64,000 nucleotides of DNA from Actinomycetota bacterium (GTDB lineage Bacteria > Actinomycetota > Thermoleophilia > Gaiellales > F1-60-MAGs149): positions 23,999 to 87,998 of the forward strand of contig VGBM01000008.1 of the NCBI GenBank assembly GCA_016870485.1, read 5' to 3'. Of the stretch, positions 29,727 through 40,447 are shown piece after piece; position 1 is the first letter of the stretch, and each line of letters opens with the position of its first letter. The notes under the pieces are model-generated. The model worked only from the letters and a program-made list of their open reading frames with translations, had not been told where the DNA came from and made no database searches. The translations under genes were made by a program, and so were the position numbers.

Positions 29727-30455
29727 TCAGAGACCCAGTGCCGAGCCATCAACGAGACGCGTGGCGGCGGCTTCGCCGATCACTTCTGCGGCCATGTCGC
29801 GCGCGATATCGAGACGCACGGGTGAATGCGCACCATGCCCATCGGAGCCGATCAGGTTGATCAGTCCCTCGGCGAGCAGGCGACGCGACTCGACGTCGGT
29901 GTTGGGCCCATCGGCGCCGGTCAGGCCGGACGCGTCGATCTGCAGCAGCGCGCCGGCGTTCTTCATGCGCTCGGCGAACCCGGGATCGGGCGGCTCGCGG
30001 CGCCAGGCGGCGCGGCGCTCGGGGTGCGCGAGGATCGGCGTCAGTCCCTCGGCGCGGATGCGCCGGATCAGGCGCTCCATCGTGGCGTCGCCGAACCAGG
30101 GGCCGGCCTGCGGGCCGTCCATCAGCACGATCTCCGTGCCCTCGAGACGGAAGCGCGCGGGATCGTCGTTGGGGCGCAGGCGGTGCGGGCGTGCCGTCAC
30201 TTCGAAGCCGAGGCGCACCTCGATGCCCGTGGGCGCCTGCGCCTGCAGGGCGGCGAAGTGGCGGCGGATGCGCGCGACGCGCTCCTGCGAGGCGTTCCAG
30301 TCGTGATACGGCGGCACGACGTGCGGCGTCGCGAAGACGAGCCGCGTGCCGCTGTCGCGCGCCTCGGTCAGCAGTTCGATCGCGTGCTCGAGCGACTGCG
30401 CACCGTCGTCCACGCCGAAGACGAGGTGGGAGTGGACATCGACGAAGCCGGGCAC
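29727..30455 (-). CDS. PHP-domain protein-tyrosine phosphatase (CpsB/YwqE-like)
   Basis: GTG at 30455 in ORF 29727..30671. FVDVHSHLVFGVDDGAQSLEHAIELL...ATPHV...ILAHPER...GSDGHG. Confidence 0.8.
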   Translation of the reverse strand: MPGFVDVHSHLVFGVDDGAQSLEHAIELLTEARDSGTRLVFATPHVVPPYHDWNASQERVARIRRHFAALQAQAPTGIEVRLGFEVTARPHRLRPNDDPARFRLEGTEIVLMDGPQAGPWFGDATMERLIRRIRAEGLTPILAHPERRAAWRREPPDPGFAERMKNAGALLQIDASGLTGADGPNTDVESRRLLAEGLINLIGSDGHGAHSPVRLDIARDMAAEVIGEAAATRLVDGSALGL

Positions 30456-30513
30456 GAGGCCAGTGTGCCAAGCCGCATCCCGTGCCCGTGGCAGCCCCTG
30501 CGACGATCCGACG

Positions 30514-31161
30514 GTGCTGTTCCTGCTGCCGCCCAGCGAGGGCAAGGCCCAGCCCGTCAAGGGCCGACCGCTCGACCTCGTACGCCTCTCCTTTCCGTCC
30601 CTCACCGCCGAGCGCGAGCGTCTGCTCACATCCGAGCTGCGCGCGGCACCGGCGCTGCCGGCCCGCGACATCTACACGGGTGTGCTCTACGCCGCGCTCG
30701 ACCTGCCCACGCTGCCGGCGGCGATTCAGCGGCGCTTCGTGATCATCTCGGCGCAGTACGGCGCGGTGCGTCCCAGTGATCGCATCGCGACCTACAAGCG
30801 CGAGATCGACGCCAAGCGCTGGCGCCCGCTGTTGGATCCGGAACTCGTGAAGGCGGCAGGACGGGGCGTGATCCTCGACTGCCGGTCGGCGACGTACGTG
30901 GCCGCCTGGCGTCCGCGCGGCCCGCTGGCCGAGCGCACGGCGCACGTGTCGGTCGTCCGGGAGGTCGCCGGCGCGCGCACGGTGGTCTCGCACGACGCGA
31001 AGAAGACGCGCGGTGAGGTCGCGCGCTTCGTGGCGGAGACGGGGGAGACGCCGCGGACCGTGGACGCGCTCGCCGCGCTGGTTCGGCTGCGATTCCCTTG
31101 CGAGCTGGATCAGCCGGAGCAGCCCGACGCCCCTTGGCGCCTCAGGATCGTGACGACCTAG
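30514..31161 (+). CDS. yaaA: YaaA (UPF0246/DUF328) peroxide-stress family protein
   Basis: GTG at 30514 in ORF 30346..31161. VLFLLPPSEGK hallmark, ARDIYTGVLY, SHDAKKTRGEVARF. Confidence 0.8.
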   Translation: MLFLLPPSEGKAQPVKGRPLDLVRLSFPSLTAERERLLTSELRAAPALPARDIYTGVLYAALDLPTLPAAIQRRFVIISAQYGAVRPSDRIATYKREIDAKRWRPLLDPELVKAAGRGVILDCRSATYVAAWRPRGPLAERTAHVSVVREVAGARTVVSHDAKKTRGEVARFVAETGETPRTVDALAALVRLRFPCELDQPEQPDAPWRLRIVTT

Positions 31162-32081
31162 GCGAGGTGCGCCGCGAGGCGCGCGAAGGTCTCGACTCCG
31201 AGCGGGTCGCGCTCGTCGCGCACGGGGTGGATCGCAACGTGATCGGCGCCCGCCGCGTGGTGCGCGCGCAGGCGCCCGACGATCGCGTCCTCGTCGCCCC
31301 AGAAGACGAGCTCGTCGACGAGCCGATCGGAGCCGCCGTCGGCGACGTCGTCCTCCGTGAAGCCGAGCCAGAGGAGGTTCTTGAGGTAGTTCTCGGCCCC
31401 GAGGTACCACTCGATCTCGGCCCGGGCTTTGGCGCGGGCGACATCCGGGTGGGTCTCGAGCACGACCTTGTGCTCGACGAGGAGCAGCGGATCGGGGCCC
31501 ATCACCTCGCGGGCGCGGCGCGTGTGGTCGACCGTCACGAGGTACGGGTGAGCGCCGAGCGAGCGCTCGGCCGCGAGCCGCAGCATCGGCGGGCGCAGCC
31601 CCGCCAGGACGACGTGAATCGGCGGCTGGTCGTCGCCGAGCGGCACGGCGTCACCCGCCTGCGCCATCGCGTCCAGGTACGCGCGCATCGTGGCGACGGG
31701 CTTGTCGTACACGTAGCCGCGGGCGGTGACCAGCGGGCGGTGGCTCACTCCGAGGCCGAGGATGAAGCGATCATCGGAGGCGTCGGCCAGTGTGCGCGCG
31801 GCCTGCACGGATGCGCGGGCATCGCGCGACCAGATGCTGGCGATGCCGGTGGCGACATGCAGCCGCTCGGTCGCAGCGAGCAGCGTGGCAGCGTTGGTGT
31901 ACGCCTCGTGGCTGTCGAGCGTCTCGGGGTACCAGAGGCAGCCGTAGCCCGTCGCCTCGATCGCCCGTGCTGCGTCGCGCATCGCCGCAACAGGGGCGTA
32001 GGCGAACCCGAACGACCACGCGCCCCACGGCCCGATCGCGCTGCGGGTCCGTGCGCGGTCGGCGGCGAGGTCGGCGTCCAT
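31158..32081 (-). CDS. LLM-class (luciferase-like) F420-dependent oxidoreductase
   Basis: ATG at 32081; the longer ORF start would run into the tRNA. FILGLGVSHRPLV...GAHPYLV...DELVFWGDEDAIVGRLRAHHAAGADHV. Confidence 0.75.
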   Translation of the reverse strand: MDADLAADRARTRSAIGPWGAWSFGFAYAPVAAMRDAARAIEATGYGCLWYPETLDSHEAYTNAATLLAATERLHVATGIASIWSRDARASVQAARTLADASDDRFILGLGVSHRPLVTARGYVYDKPVATMRAYLDAMAQAGDAVPLGDDQPPIHVVLAGLRPPMLRLAAERSLGAHPYLVTVDHTRRAREVMGPDPLLLVEHKVVLETHPDVARAKARAEIEWYLGAENYLKNLLWLGFTEDDVADGGSDRLVDELVFWGDEDAIVGRLRAHHAAGADHVAIHPVRDERDPLGVETFARLAAHLA

Positions 32082-32084
32082 CGA

Positions 32085-32155
32085 AGCGGGTAGGGAGAAT
32101 CGAACTCCCGTATTCAGCTTGGAAGGCTGCTGCTCTACCATTGAGCTATACCCGC
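32085..32155 (-). tRNA. tRNA-Gly (anticodon UCC)
   Basis: Reverse complement GCGGGTATAGCTCAATGGTAGAGCAGCAGCCTTCCAAGCTGAATACGGGAGTTCGATTCTCCCTACCCGCT folds as a cloverleaf. The anticodon loop is CUUCCAA. Confidence 0.93.
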
Positions 32156-32252
32156 GGGAGCCCGCCGGAGGGGTCCAGTGCGCAGTGTACGCGGGGCCGC
32201 CGGGCGCCCGTGGCGCCAGCGTTGATGCGGGGAATTCGGTGATTTACATCTT

Positions 32253-32283
32253 TTAGTCCCGAACCACTTGCATTTCGGACTAA
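32253..32283. promoter_or_regulatory. Imperfect inverted repeat TTAGTCCCGAA-N9-TTTCGGACTAA upstream of the ECF sigma gene
   Basis: 10 of 11 arm positions pair, with one bulged C. It lies in an AT-richer 172-bp gap 45-75 nt upstream of the sigma ATG and about 100 nt upstream of tRNA-Gly on the other strand. Confidence 0.4.
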
Positions 32284-32327
32284 GTCGTGTATAACTACCT
32301 CCAACACCGGAGCTGAAAGGCACTGCG

Positions 32328-32894
32328 ATGTCCCTCATCCGACCTACCGATACCGACGAGTCCCTTGTCGCCCGCACCGCACAGGGCGACACGGACGCCT
32401 ACGCGGAGCTCTACAGGCGCTACCTTCCCGTCGTCCGTGCGTTCGCTCGGCGCCGCACCGGCGACGTCGATCGCGCCGACGAGCTGACGCAGGAGATCTT
32501 TCTCGACGCGTGGCGTAGCGCCGGCCGCTACGACCCGAAGGTCGCCCCGGTCGCCGCGTGGCTGCGTACCATCACCGCGCGCCGCGCCGTCGACTGGACG
32601 CGCCGGGCCGCCGTGCGCCCGCCGCTGGCCCAGCACGAGGGCCGCGAGGTCGCCGAGGACAGCAAGGACGCCGAACTGGTCGAGCGCATCGACTTCGTCG
32701 ACGCCATCAAGGATCTGCCTGAGGCGCAGCGCGAGACGCTCGCCCTCGCCTTCTACGGGGACCTCACGTACCCGGAGATCGCCGAGCGCACGGGCACTCC
32801 GCTCGGCACGGTCAAGAGCCGCGCGCTGCTGGGCATGCGCCGCCTCGCGACGAACGCCGCCGCGACGGACGCCCGCCCGCACCTCACGGGCTAA
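32328..32894 (+). CDS. ECF (sigma-24 type) RNA polymerase sigma factor
   Basis: Region 2 (YAELYRRYLPVVRAFARRRTGDVDRADELTQEIFLDAW) and region 4 (LPEAQRETLALAFYGDLTYPEIAERTGTPLGTVKSRALLGMRRL). Confidence 0.9.
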   Translation: MSLIRPTDTDESLVARTAQGDTDAYAELYRRYLPVVRAFARRRTGDVDRADELTQEIFLDAWRSAGRYDPKVAPVAAWLRTITARRAVDWTRRAAVRPPLAQHEGREVAEDSKDAELVERIDFVDAIKDLPEAQRETLALAFYGDLTYPEIAERTGTPLGTVKSRALLGMRRLATNAAATDARPHLTG

Positions 32895-32931
32895 CCACGC
32901 CCGGCCCGTCCCCCAAAACCGAAGGACTCTT

Positions 32932-33831
32932 ATGAGCGATTCCCCCGTCCTCGTCACTGGCGCCACCGGCTTCATCGGTGGCCGCCTGGCCCGCCGCCTC
33001 GTCGACGCCGGCGTCCCCGTCCGCGCGATGGCGCGCAGCGCGTCGGCCGCCATCGCCCCGGGCGCCGAGCTCGTGATCGGCGACCTGACCGACCGGACCT
33101 CGCTCGAGGCGGCCTGCGCGGGCGTCTCCGCCGTCATCTCGTGTGCGGCCATCACCGGTGACAAGAAGGCGCCCCCGGGCGGCTACGACGTCGTCAACGC
33201 CGACGGCATCGGCGCGCTCGCCGAGGCCGCGACCGCGGCCGGCGTCGGCCGCCTGATCCACTTCGGCGGCATCGACACCGCCGGCGCGAAGCCGGGCCCG
33301 TACCTGACGGGCCGCCGGCGCGGGGAGGAGCGCATCAAGGCCGCGGGCGTCCCCTGGACGATCCTGCAGCCCTCCGTGCAGTTCGGGCCGGGCTCGCCCT
33401 TCATCCGCGCGATGGCCGGCCTCGTCAAGGCCCCCGTGGCCCCGGTCGCCGGCAGCGGCCGCACGCGGATCCAGATGATCCACGTCGACGACGTTTGCCG
33501 CGCCGCCCAGGACTGCCTGACGGGCGACGGGCGGCTCGGCCGCTACGTCGAGCTCGGCGGCCCCGAGGCCGTCGAGTACGACCGCGTCCTCGACATCATC
33601 GGCGGCGCCATGGGTAAGGCGAAGGTGCGCAAACTGCACGCCCCGCTCGCGCTCGTAAGGCTGCAGGCGACGCTCCTGCAGGTGCTGCCGAATCCACCGG
33701 TCACGCCGGCGGCCGTTGAACTGCTCGAGAAGGACAACGTCGCCGCGTCGCTGGACGTGGTCGAGCGCGAGTTCGGCTTCCAGCCGGTCGGCTTCGCCGC
33801 GCACGTCGCCTCGCACGGCCTCGAACTCTGA
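32932..33831 (+). CDS. NAD(P)H-binding atypical SDR (NmrA/NDUFA9-like)
   Basis: VLVTGATGFIGGRLARRLVDAGVPVRAMARS Rossmann motif. 299 aa. Confidence 0.75.
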   Translation: MSDSPVLVTGATGFIGGRLARRLVDAGVPVRAMARSASAAIAPGAELVIGDLTDRTSLEAACAGVSAVISCAAITGDKKAPPGGYDVVNADGIGALAEAATAAGVGRLIHFGGIDTAGAKPGPYLTGRRRGEERIKAAGVPWTILQPSVQFGPGSPFIRAMAGLVKAPVAPVAGSGRTRIQMIHVDDVCRAAQDCLTGDGRLGRYVELGGPEAVEYDRVLDIIGGAMGKAKVRKLHAPLALVRLQATLLQVLPNPPVTPAAVELLEKDNVAASLDVVEREFGFQPVGFAAHVASHGLEL

Positions 33832-33850
33832 TCGCGGATACTGCGGCCCC

Positions 33851-34444
33851 GTGGGCCGCCTGATTCTCGCCTCGACGTCGCCGCAGCGGCGCGCCATCCT
33901 CCAGGAGCTCGGCGTCGACTTCGAGGTCGTCGCGCCGGCCTACGACGAGGTGCCGCTGCCGGGCACGGCCGCGGAGGTGGTCGCGGCGCGCGCGCTCGGC
34001 AAGGCCCGTACGGTGGCGGCGCTGCGTCCTGAGCGGCCCGTGGTGGGCGTCGACACCGAGGTCGTCCTCGCCGACGACGCGGTGCTCGGGCAGCCTGCGG
34101 ACGCCGCCGCGGCCGTGGCGATGCTGCGGCGCCTCGCGGGCCGCGAGCACCGCGTCCTGTCCGGGGTGGCGGTGATCGGGGCGGGGGAGGCGACCGCGTG
34201 CGTCGAGACCCGCGTGCGGCTGCGGGCGCTGACCGACGCGGAGCTCGCGGACTACGTGGCCACGGGCGAGTGGCGAGGCCGGGCCGGGGGCTACGCGATC
34301 CAGGCGGGCGGCGGCGGCCTCGTGGCGTCGATCGACGGCGACCTCGACAACGTGATCGGCCTACCCGTGGCGGCCCTGCGCGCGCTCCTGGCCGCGGAGG
34401 GCCAGCTCCTGCCCGTGGCGGGAGGGAACCCCGCGACGACGTAG
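33851..34444 (+). CDS. maf: Maf-like nucleoside triphosphate pyrophosphatase
   Basis: GTG at 33851 in ORF 33716..34444. LILASTSPQRRAILQELGVDFEVV...GVDTEV...GKP-like segment...AGGYAIQ. Confidence 0.9.
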   Translation: MGRLILASTSPQRRAILQELGVDFEVVAPAYDEVPLPGTAAEVVAARALGKARTVAALRPERPVVGVDTEVVLADDAVLGQPADAAAAVAMLRRLAGREHRVLSGVAVIGAGEATACVETRVRLRALTDAELADYVATGEWRGRAGGYAIQAGGGGLVASIDGDLDNVIGLPVAALRALLAAEGQLLPVAGGNPATT

Positions 34445-34507
34445 AATCCGACAGCAGAAGCGGCTGTTCCTGCCGCTGAGGGGGCTCCCATCGGTATCAA
34501 GAACTGG

Positions 34508-35542
<1,035 letters not shown>

Positions 35543-35586
35543 CGCGCGGCGTGCCGGGCGCCGACCCTGTGCGAGACTGACGGCCG

Positions 35587-36543
35587 ATGCAGTACGCCAA
35601 CCTCCCGACTCCCAGGAGCACCGACCAGCGGCCGCTCGCGGCCGGGATCGTCGGCGCCTCCGGCTACGCCGGGCAGGAGCTGGCGCGGATCCTGACGGGC
35701 CACCCGCAGATCCGCCCCGCGGTCCTGCAGGCGCGCTCGGACGGCTTCGACCCGATCGACGCCGCCGGCCTCGCGGGCTGCGACGTGGTCTTCCTGGCGC
35801 TGCCGCACGGCGAGTCGCGCGCGCTCGGGGGGGAACTGCTCGAGCGCGGCACCCAGGTCGTCGACCTCGGCTCGGACTTCCGCGTCGACGGCTGGACGTA
35901 CGGCCTGCCCGAGCTCAACCGCGAGGAGGTGCGCGTCGCGCGCGCCATCGCGAATCCCGGCTGCTACGCGACCGCCGCGATCCTCGGCCTGGCGCCGCTC
36001 GCCGCCGCCGGCTTGATCGACGGCCCCGTGCACCTCGACGGCAAGTCGGGCGTGACGGGCGCGGGGCGAACCCCCTCGGAGAAGACGCACCTGCCGGAGC
36101 TCCACGGCGGCGTCACCCCGTACGCCGTGACGGGCCATCGCCACCTCGCCGAGATCGAGCAGGAGTTGACGCGCCTCGCCGGCACGGAGCGGCAGGCCAC
36201 CTTCGTGCCGCACCTCCTGCCCACCTCGCGGGGGCTGCTCGTGACGGCCCACGTGCGCCTCGTTGAGCGGCTCGACCAGGCCGACGTCGACGACCTCTAC
36301 GCCGCCCGCTACGCGGACGAGCCGTTTGTGCGCCTCGGCGGCCACCCAGCGCCGCAGCGCCTCGCCGGCTCGAACGTCTGCTGGCTCAACGCCTGGGCGG
36401 ACGAGCGCACGGGCGCGGTGCTCGTGGAGTCCGCGCTCGACAATCTCGTCAAGGGCGCCGCGGGCCAGGCCATCCAGAACGCCAACGTCATGCTCGGCGT
36501 GGACGAGGCGGCGGGGCTCGACACCCAGGGGTTGTGGCCGTAG
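35587..36543 (+). CDS. argC: N-acetyl-gamma-glutamyl-phosphate reductase
   Basis: AGIVGASGYAGQELARIL...IANPGCYATAAILGLAPL...LDNLVKGAAGQAIQNAN. Confidence 0.95.
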   Translation: MQYANLPTPRSTDQRPLAAGIVGASGYAGQELARILTGHPQIRPAVLQARSDGFDPIDAAGLAGCDVVFLALPHGESRALGGELLERGTQVVDLGSDFRVDGWTYGLPELNREEVRVARAIANPGCYATAAILGLAPLAAAGLIDGPVHLDGKSGVTGAGRTPSEKTHLPELHGGVTPYAVTGHRHLAEIEQELTRLAGTERQATFVPHLLPTSRGLLVTAHVRLVERLDQADVDDLYAARYADEPFVRLGGHPAPQRLAGSNVCWLNAWADERTGAVLVESALDNLVKGAAGQAIQNANVMLGVDEAAGLDTQGLWP

Positions 36544-37697
36544 GCGCGGCGTACCCCCGCGGCTTCGCCGCCGCGGGCGTGACCGCCGGCCTCAAGGCCT
36601 CGGGCCGTCCCGACATCGCCCTCGTCGCCGCAGGGGCCGCGGTCCCCGCCGCCGCCGTCTTTACGAGCAGCCGCACGGCGGCGCCGCCCGTGGTCGTCTC
36701 CCGCCGAGCGATCGCGGACGGCCGGGCTCGCGCGGTCCTCGTGCAGAGCGGCAACGCCAACGCCGCGACCGGCGCGCAGGGCCTGCGCGACGCCGAGCGG
36801 ATGGCCGGGCTCGCCGCGCGGGCGCTCGGCGCCGAGGCGGGCGACGTGCTCATCGCGTCGACCGGGGTGATCGGCGTGCCCCTGCCGATGGACCTCGTCG
36901 AGCCCGGGATCGCCGCTGCTGCGGCCGCGCTCTCGCCCGACGGCGGCGCCGACGCCGCGACCGCGATCATGACCACCGACAACGCCCCGAAGACCGCGCA
37001 GCGCGACGCCGGTGGCGCGCGCGTGGGGGGGATGGCCAAGGGGGCGGGGATGATCCGCCCGGACCTCGGCACGATGATCGCCGTCGTGACCACGGACGCG
37101 GCGCTCCCGCCGGAGTCCGCTGACCGCATCCTCCGCGACGCCGTCGACCGCACCTTCAACCGCATCACCGTGGACGGCTGTGCGTCGACGAGCGACATGG
37201 TGGCCCTGCTCGCGAGCGGGGCCGCCGGCCCGGTCGACGAGGCCGCCGTCGCCGACGCCGTGGGCGCGGTCTGTGAGGACCTCGCGCTGCAGATCGTGCG
37301 CGACGGGGAGGGGGCCCGCCGGATCGCGCGCTGGACGGTGACGGGCGCGACCACGGACGCGGAGGCCCGCCGGGTCGCCTACGCGGTGGCCGAGGCTCAG
37401 CTTGTGCGCTGCGCGCTGCACGGCGGCGACCCCAACTGGGGTCGAATCATCGCCGCGATCGGCGCGAGCGGCGCGGACGTCGACCCCGAGCGGATCGCGG
37501 TCGCGATCGGCGGCATCCCGCTCTGCGCGGGCGGCACGGCGGTCCCTGTGGCCGACCCTGCGGCGCTCGACCGCGCCGCCGCGGCCGACACCGTCGAGGT
37601 CGCGATCGGCCTCGGCGACGGGGCCGGGACGGCCGTCGTCTGGGGCTCCGACCTCTCGCAGGCCTACGTCGAGCTGAACGCGGAGTACACCACGTGA
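36534..37697 (+). CDS. argJ: Bifunctional ornithine acetyltransferase / N-acetylglutamate synthase
   Basis: GFAAAGVTAGLKASGRPDIALV...NANAATG...KGAGMIRPDLGTMIAVVTTDA (autoprocessing Thr)...CALHGGDPNWGRI. Confidence 0.94.
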   Translation: MAVGAAYPRGFAAAGVTAGLKASGRPDIALVAAGAAVPAAAVFTSSRTAAPPVVVSRRAIADGRARAVLVQSGNANAATGAQGLRDAERMAGLAARALGAEAGDVLIASTGVIGVPLPMDLVEPGIAAAAAALSPDGGADAATAIMTTDNAPKTAQRDAGGARVGGMAKGAGMIRPDLGTMIAVVTTDAALPPESADRILRDAVDRTFNRITVDGCASTSDMVALLASGAAGPVDEAAVADAVGAVCEDLALQIVRDGEGARRIARWTVTGATTDAEARRVAYAVAEAQLVRCALHGGDPNWGRIIAAIGASGADVDPERIAVAIGGIPLCAGGTAVPVADPAALDRAAAADTVEVAIGLGDGAGTAVVWGSDLSQAYVELNAEYTT

Positions 37698-38371
37698 CCG
37701 GGGCGCTCGTGGCCAAGCTGGGCGGCAACGCCCTCGCGCTTCTGCCCGACGCGCTGGCGGCCGCCGACGGACGCCCGCTCGTGCTCGTGCACGGCGGCGG
37801 TGCGCAGATCACCGCGCTGATGGAGCGCCGCGGCATCCCCGCGCGGTTCGTCGACGGCCGCCGCTTCACGGACCTGCCGACGCTCGCCTGCGTCCGCGTC
37901 GCCCTCGCTGACGTCTCCGACGAGCTGGTCGGCGTCCTGCGCGGCCTCGGCCGCGAGGCGCAGCCCTTCCGCCACGGCGAGCTCGTCACCTGCAGCCGCC
38001 GCGCGGACCTCGGCCTCGTCGGGGATCCCGTCGCCGTCGACACTCGGCCGCTGCTGGACACCTGGGAGCTCGAGCGCGTCCCCCTGATCGCGCCGATCGG
38101 GTGCGACGGCGACTCGCCCCGCCTCCTCAACGTCAACGCCGACGACGTGGCGAGCGCGGTCGCGGTGGCCGTTCGGGCCGACGAGCTCGCCTTCCTGTCC
38201 GACGTGCCGGGCGTCCTCGACGACGCGGGCGACGTCCTCGCCGAGATCTCCGCTGCGGCGCCGCCCGCGGCCTCCGGCGGGATGCTGCCGAAGCTCGAGG
38301 CCTGCGCCGCGGCGCTCGCGGGAGGCGTGCGGCGCGTCCGCATCGGCGCCGGCACGGAGGTGCAGCTGTGA
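37694..38371 (+). CDS. argB: Acetylglutamate kinase
   Basis: VAKLGGNAL...LVLVHGGGAQI...NVNADDVASAVA...GGMLPKLEA. GTGA overlaps at both ends. At 225 aa it is rather short. Confidence 0.88.
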   Translation: MTGALVAKLGGNALALLPDALAAADGRPLVLVHGGGAQITALMERRGIPARFVDGRRFTDLPTLACVRVALADVSDELVGVLRGLGREAQPFRHGELVTCSRRADLGLVGDPVAVDTRPLLDTWELERVPLIAPIGCDGDSPRLLNVNADDVASAVAVAVRADELAFLSDVPGVLDDAGDVLAEISAAAPPAASGGMLPKLEACAAALAGGVRRVRIGAGTEVQL

Positions 38372-39540
38372 GCCTGTCCGAGCGCGGTGAGCGCGTGATG
38401 ATGACGAACTACCCGCCGCGCCCGCTCGGGCTCGTGCGCGGGGAGGGCTGCTGGGTCTGGGACGAGGACGGCAACCGCTACCTCGACCTGATCGCCGGGA
38501 TCGCGGTCGTCACGCTCGGCCACGGCCATCCGGCGCCCGCACGCGCCCTCGCCGAGCAGTCGGCCGTGCTCGGGCACGTCTCCAACCTCTACTGGACCGA
38601 GCCCGTGCTCGCCCTCGCCGAGCGGCTGTGCGCGCTGAGCGGGATGGAGCGCGCCTTCTTCTGCAACTCGGGCGCCGAGGCCAACGAGGCCGCGATCAAG
38701 CTGATGCGCCGCCACGGCCGCGAGACGGGCGGTGCCGCGAAGCACCGCATCGTCTGCCTCGAGGGCGCCTTCCACGGCCGCACGCTCGGGGCGCTGCAGG
38801 CGACCTGGGCTCAGCCGAAGAAGATCCCGTTCGAGCCCCTGCCCGCCGGCTTCGATCACGCGCCGCGCGACGACCCCGACGCCCTCGAGGTGCTGGTCGG
38901 CCCGGAGACCGCGGGGGTCCTGATCGAGCCGATCCAGGGCGAGGGCGGTGTCAACGTCATCGACGAGACGGTGCTGGAGCGGGCCCGGGCGGCCTGCGAC
39001 CGCCACGGCGCGCTGCTCGTCTTCGACGAGGTGCAGACGGGGATCGGCCGCACGGGCGCGTGGTTCGCGTACCAGCGCACGGGGGTGCGGCCCGACGCGG
39101 TCGCGCTCGCCAAGGGCCTCGGCTCGGGCCTGCCGATCGGCGCGCTGCTGTCCCGCGACCTCGCGACCGGCTTCCAGCCGGGCGACCACGGCACCACGTA
39201 CGGCGGCTCGCCGGCGATCTGCGCGGGCGCCCTCGCGGTCCTCGACGCCGTTGCCGCCGAGGACCTCGTCGGCAACGCCGCGCGGATCGGCGAGCGCCTC
39301 CAGCGCGACCTCGGCGCCCTCGCGGGGGTCGGCGCGGTGCGCGGCGCGGGCCTCCTGCTCGCCGTCGAACTCGAGGCGGGCGACGCGGCCGGGGTCGCCG
39401 CCGCCTTGCGCGCCGAGGGCGTCCTCGTTAACGCGGTTACCGAGACCGCGCTGCGGATCGCGCCACCCCTCGTCCTCGACGCCGACCAGGCCGACCTCCT
39501 CGTCGCCGCGCTCGGCCGCGTCCTCGCGGCGCGCGGCTGA
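38368..39540 (+). CDS. argD: Acetylornithine aminotransferase
   Basis: GTG at 38368 in ORF 38101..39540. FFCNSGAEANEAAIKL...LVFDEVQTGIGRTGAWFAY...LAKGLGSGLPIGA. Confidence 0.93.
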   Translation: MSLSERGERVMMTNYPPRPLGLVRGEGCWVWDEDGNRYLDLIAGIAVVTLGHGHPAPARALAEQSAVLGHVSNLYWTEPVLALAERLCALSGMERAFFCNSGAEANEAAIKLMRRHGRETGGAAKHRIVCLEGAFHGRTLGALQATWAQPKKIPFEPLPAGFDHAPRDDPDALEVLVGPETAGVLIEPIQGEGGVNVIDETVLERARAACDRHGALLVFDEVQTGIGRTGAWFAYQRTGVRPDAVALAKGLGSGLPIGALLSRDLATGFQPGDHGTTYGGSPAICAGALAVLDAVAAEDLVGNAARIGERLQRDLGALAGVGAVRGAGLLLAVELEAGDAAGVAAALRAEGVLVNAVTETALRIAPPLVLDADQADLLVAALGRVLAARG

Positions 39541-39582
39541 CCGCTTGCGGCGGGGCACCGGGTCTCGCACACTTCAGGCACC

Positions 39583-39780
39583 GTGAAGCGCGCCTACGAC
39601 TACCTCGTCTCGTTCGGGCTCGGCTACTTCTTCGGACTCGGGGCGCTCGCGCTCCTGCACTTTCTGACCTCGTGGCCCGAGTCGTACGACCAGGCGGCGC
39701 TCCTGGCGATCCTCAGCGGCGCCGGCGCCGTCGGCACCCGCCTCTACAACGAGCGGCTGCGGTCGGACGCCGGCGAGTAG
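39583..39780 (+). CDS. Small two-helix membrane protein, unknown function
   Basis: 65 aa with high GC3. YLVSFGLGYFFGLGALALLHFL and AALLAILSGAGAVG hydrophobic segments. Confidence 0.55.
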   Translation: MKRAYDYLVSFGLGYFFGLGALALLHFLTSWPESYDQAALLAILSGAGAVGTRLYNERLRSDAGE

Positions 39781-39790
39781 GCTCCGGGGC

Positions 39791-40444
39791 GTGACGCGCC
39801 TCGCCGAGCGGATCCGCCCCGCGCAGGGCCGGCCCGCGGGGGCGCTCGTCCTCCTGCACGGCCGCGGCGCAGATGAGCACGACCTGACCGCCCTGATCGA
39901 GGTGCTCGACCCGGACCAGCGGCTCGTCGGGGTGACGCCGCGGGCGCCCGCGCTGTCGCCGGGCGGGGGGCATCACTGGTATGAGGTGGAGCGGGTCGGC
40001 TATCCCGACCCGGCGAGCTTCACGGCCGCGGCCGAGGCGCTCGGGGACTGGCTCGACGACCTGCCCGCCCGGATCGACGTCCCTGCCGAGCGGATCGTGC
40101 TCGGCGGCTTCTCGCAGGGCTGCGTGATGGCCTACGCGACGGGCCTCGCCGCCGACCGCGAGCCGCCGGCGGCCCTGCTGGCCCTCGTCGGTTTCGTGCC
40201 GCACGTCGCCGGCCACGCGCTCGACCTCGCCTCCGTCGACCGCCCGCCCGTCGCGATCGCGCACGGCTCGCGCGACCCCGTCATCGACGTCTCGTTCGGG
40301 CGTGCGGCTCGCGACGAGCTGGTCGCGGCCGGAATGGACGTGACCTACCGGGAGACAGCGGTCGAGCACACGATCGATGCGGACTGGCTGCCCGACCTGC
40401 GCCGCGCGATCGGCCTCGCCCTGCGCCCGCCCGCGCACGGCTGA
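39791..40444 (+). CDS. Alpha/beta hydrolase (phospholipase/carboxylesterase family)
   Basis: VLLHGRGADEHDL..., nucleophile elbow GGFSQGCVMA, HGSRDPVI. Confidence 0.85.
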   Translation: MTRLAERIRPAQGRPAGALVLLHGRGADEHDLTALIEVLDPDQRLVGVTPRAPALSPGGGHHWYEVERVGYPDPASFTAAAEALGDWLDDLPARIDVPAERIVLGGFSQGCVMAYATGLAADREPPAALLALVGFVPHVAGHALDLASVDRPPVAIAHGSRDPVIDVSFGRAARDELVAAGMDVTYRETAVEHTIDADWLPDLRRAIGLALRPPAHG

Positions 40445-40447
40445 GGG

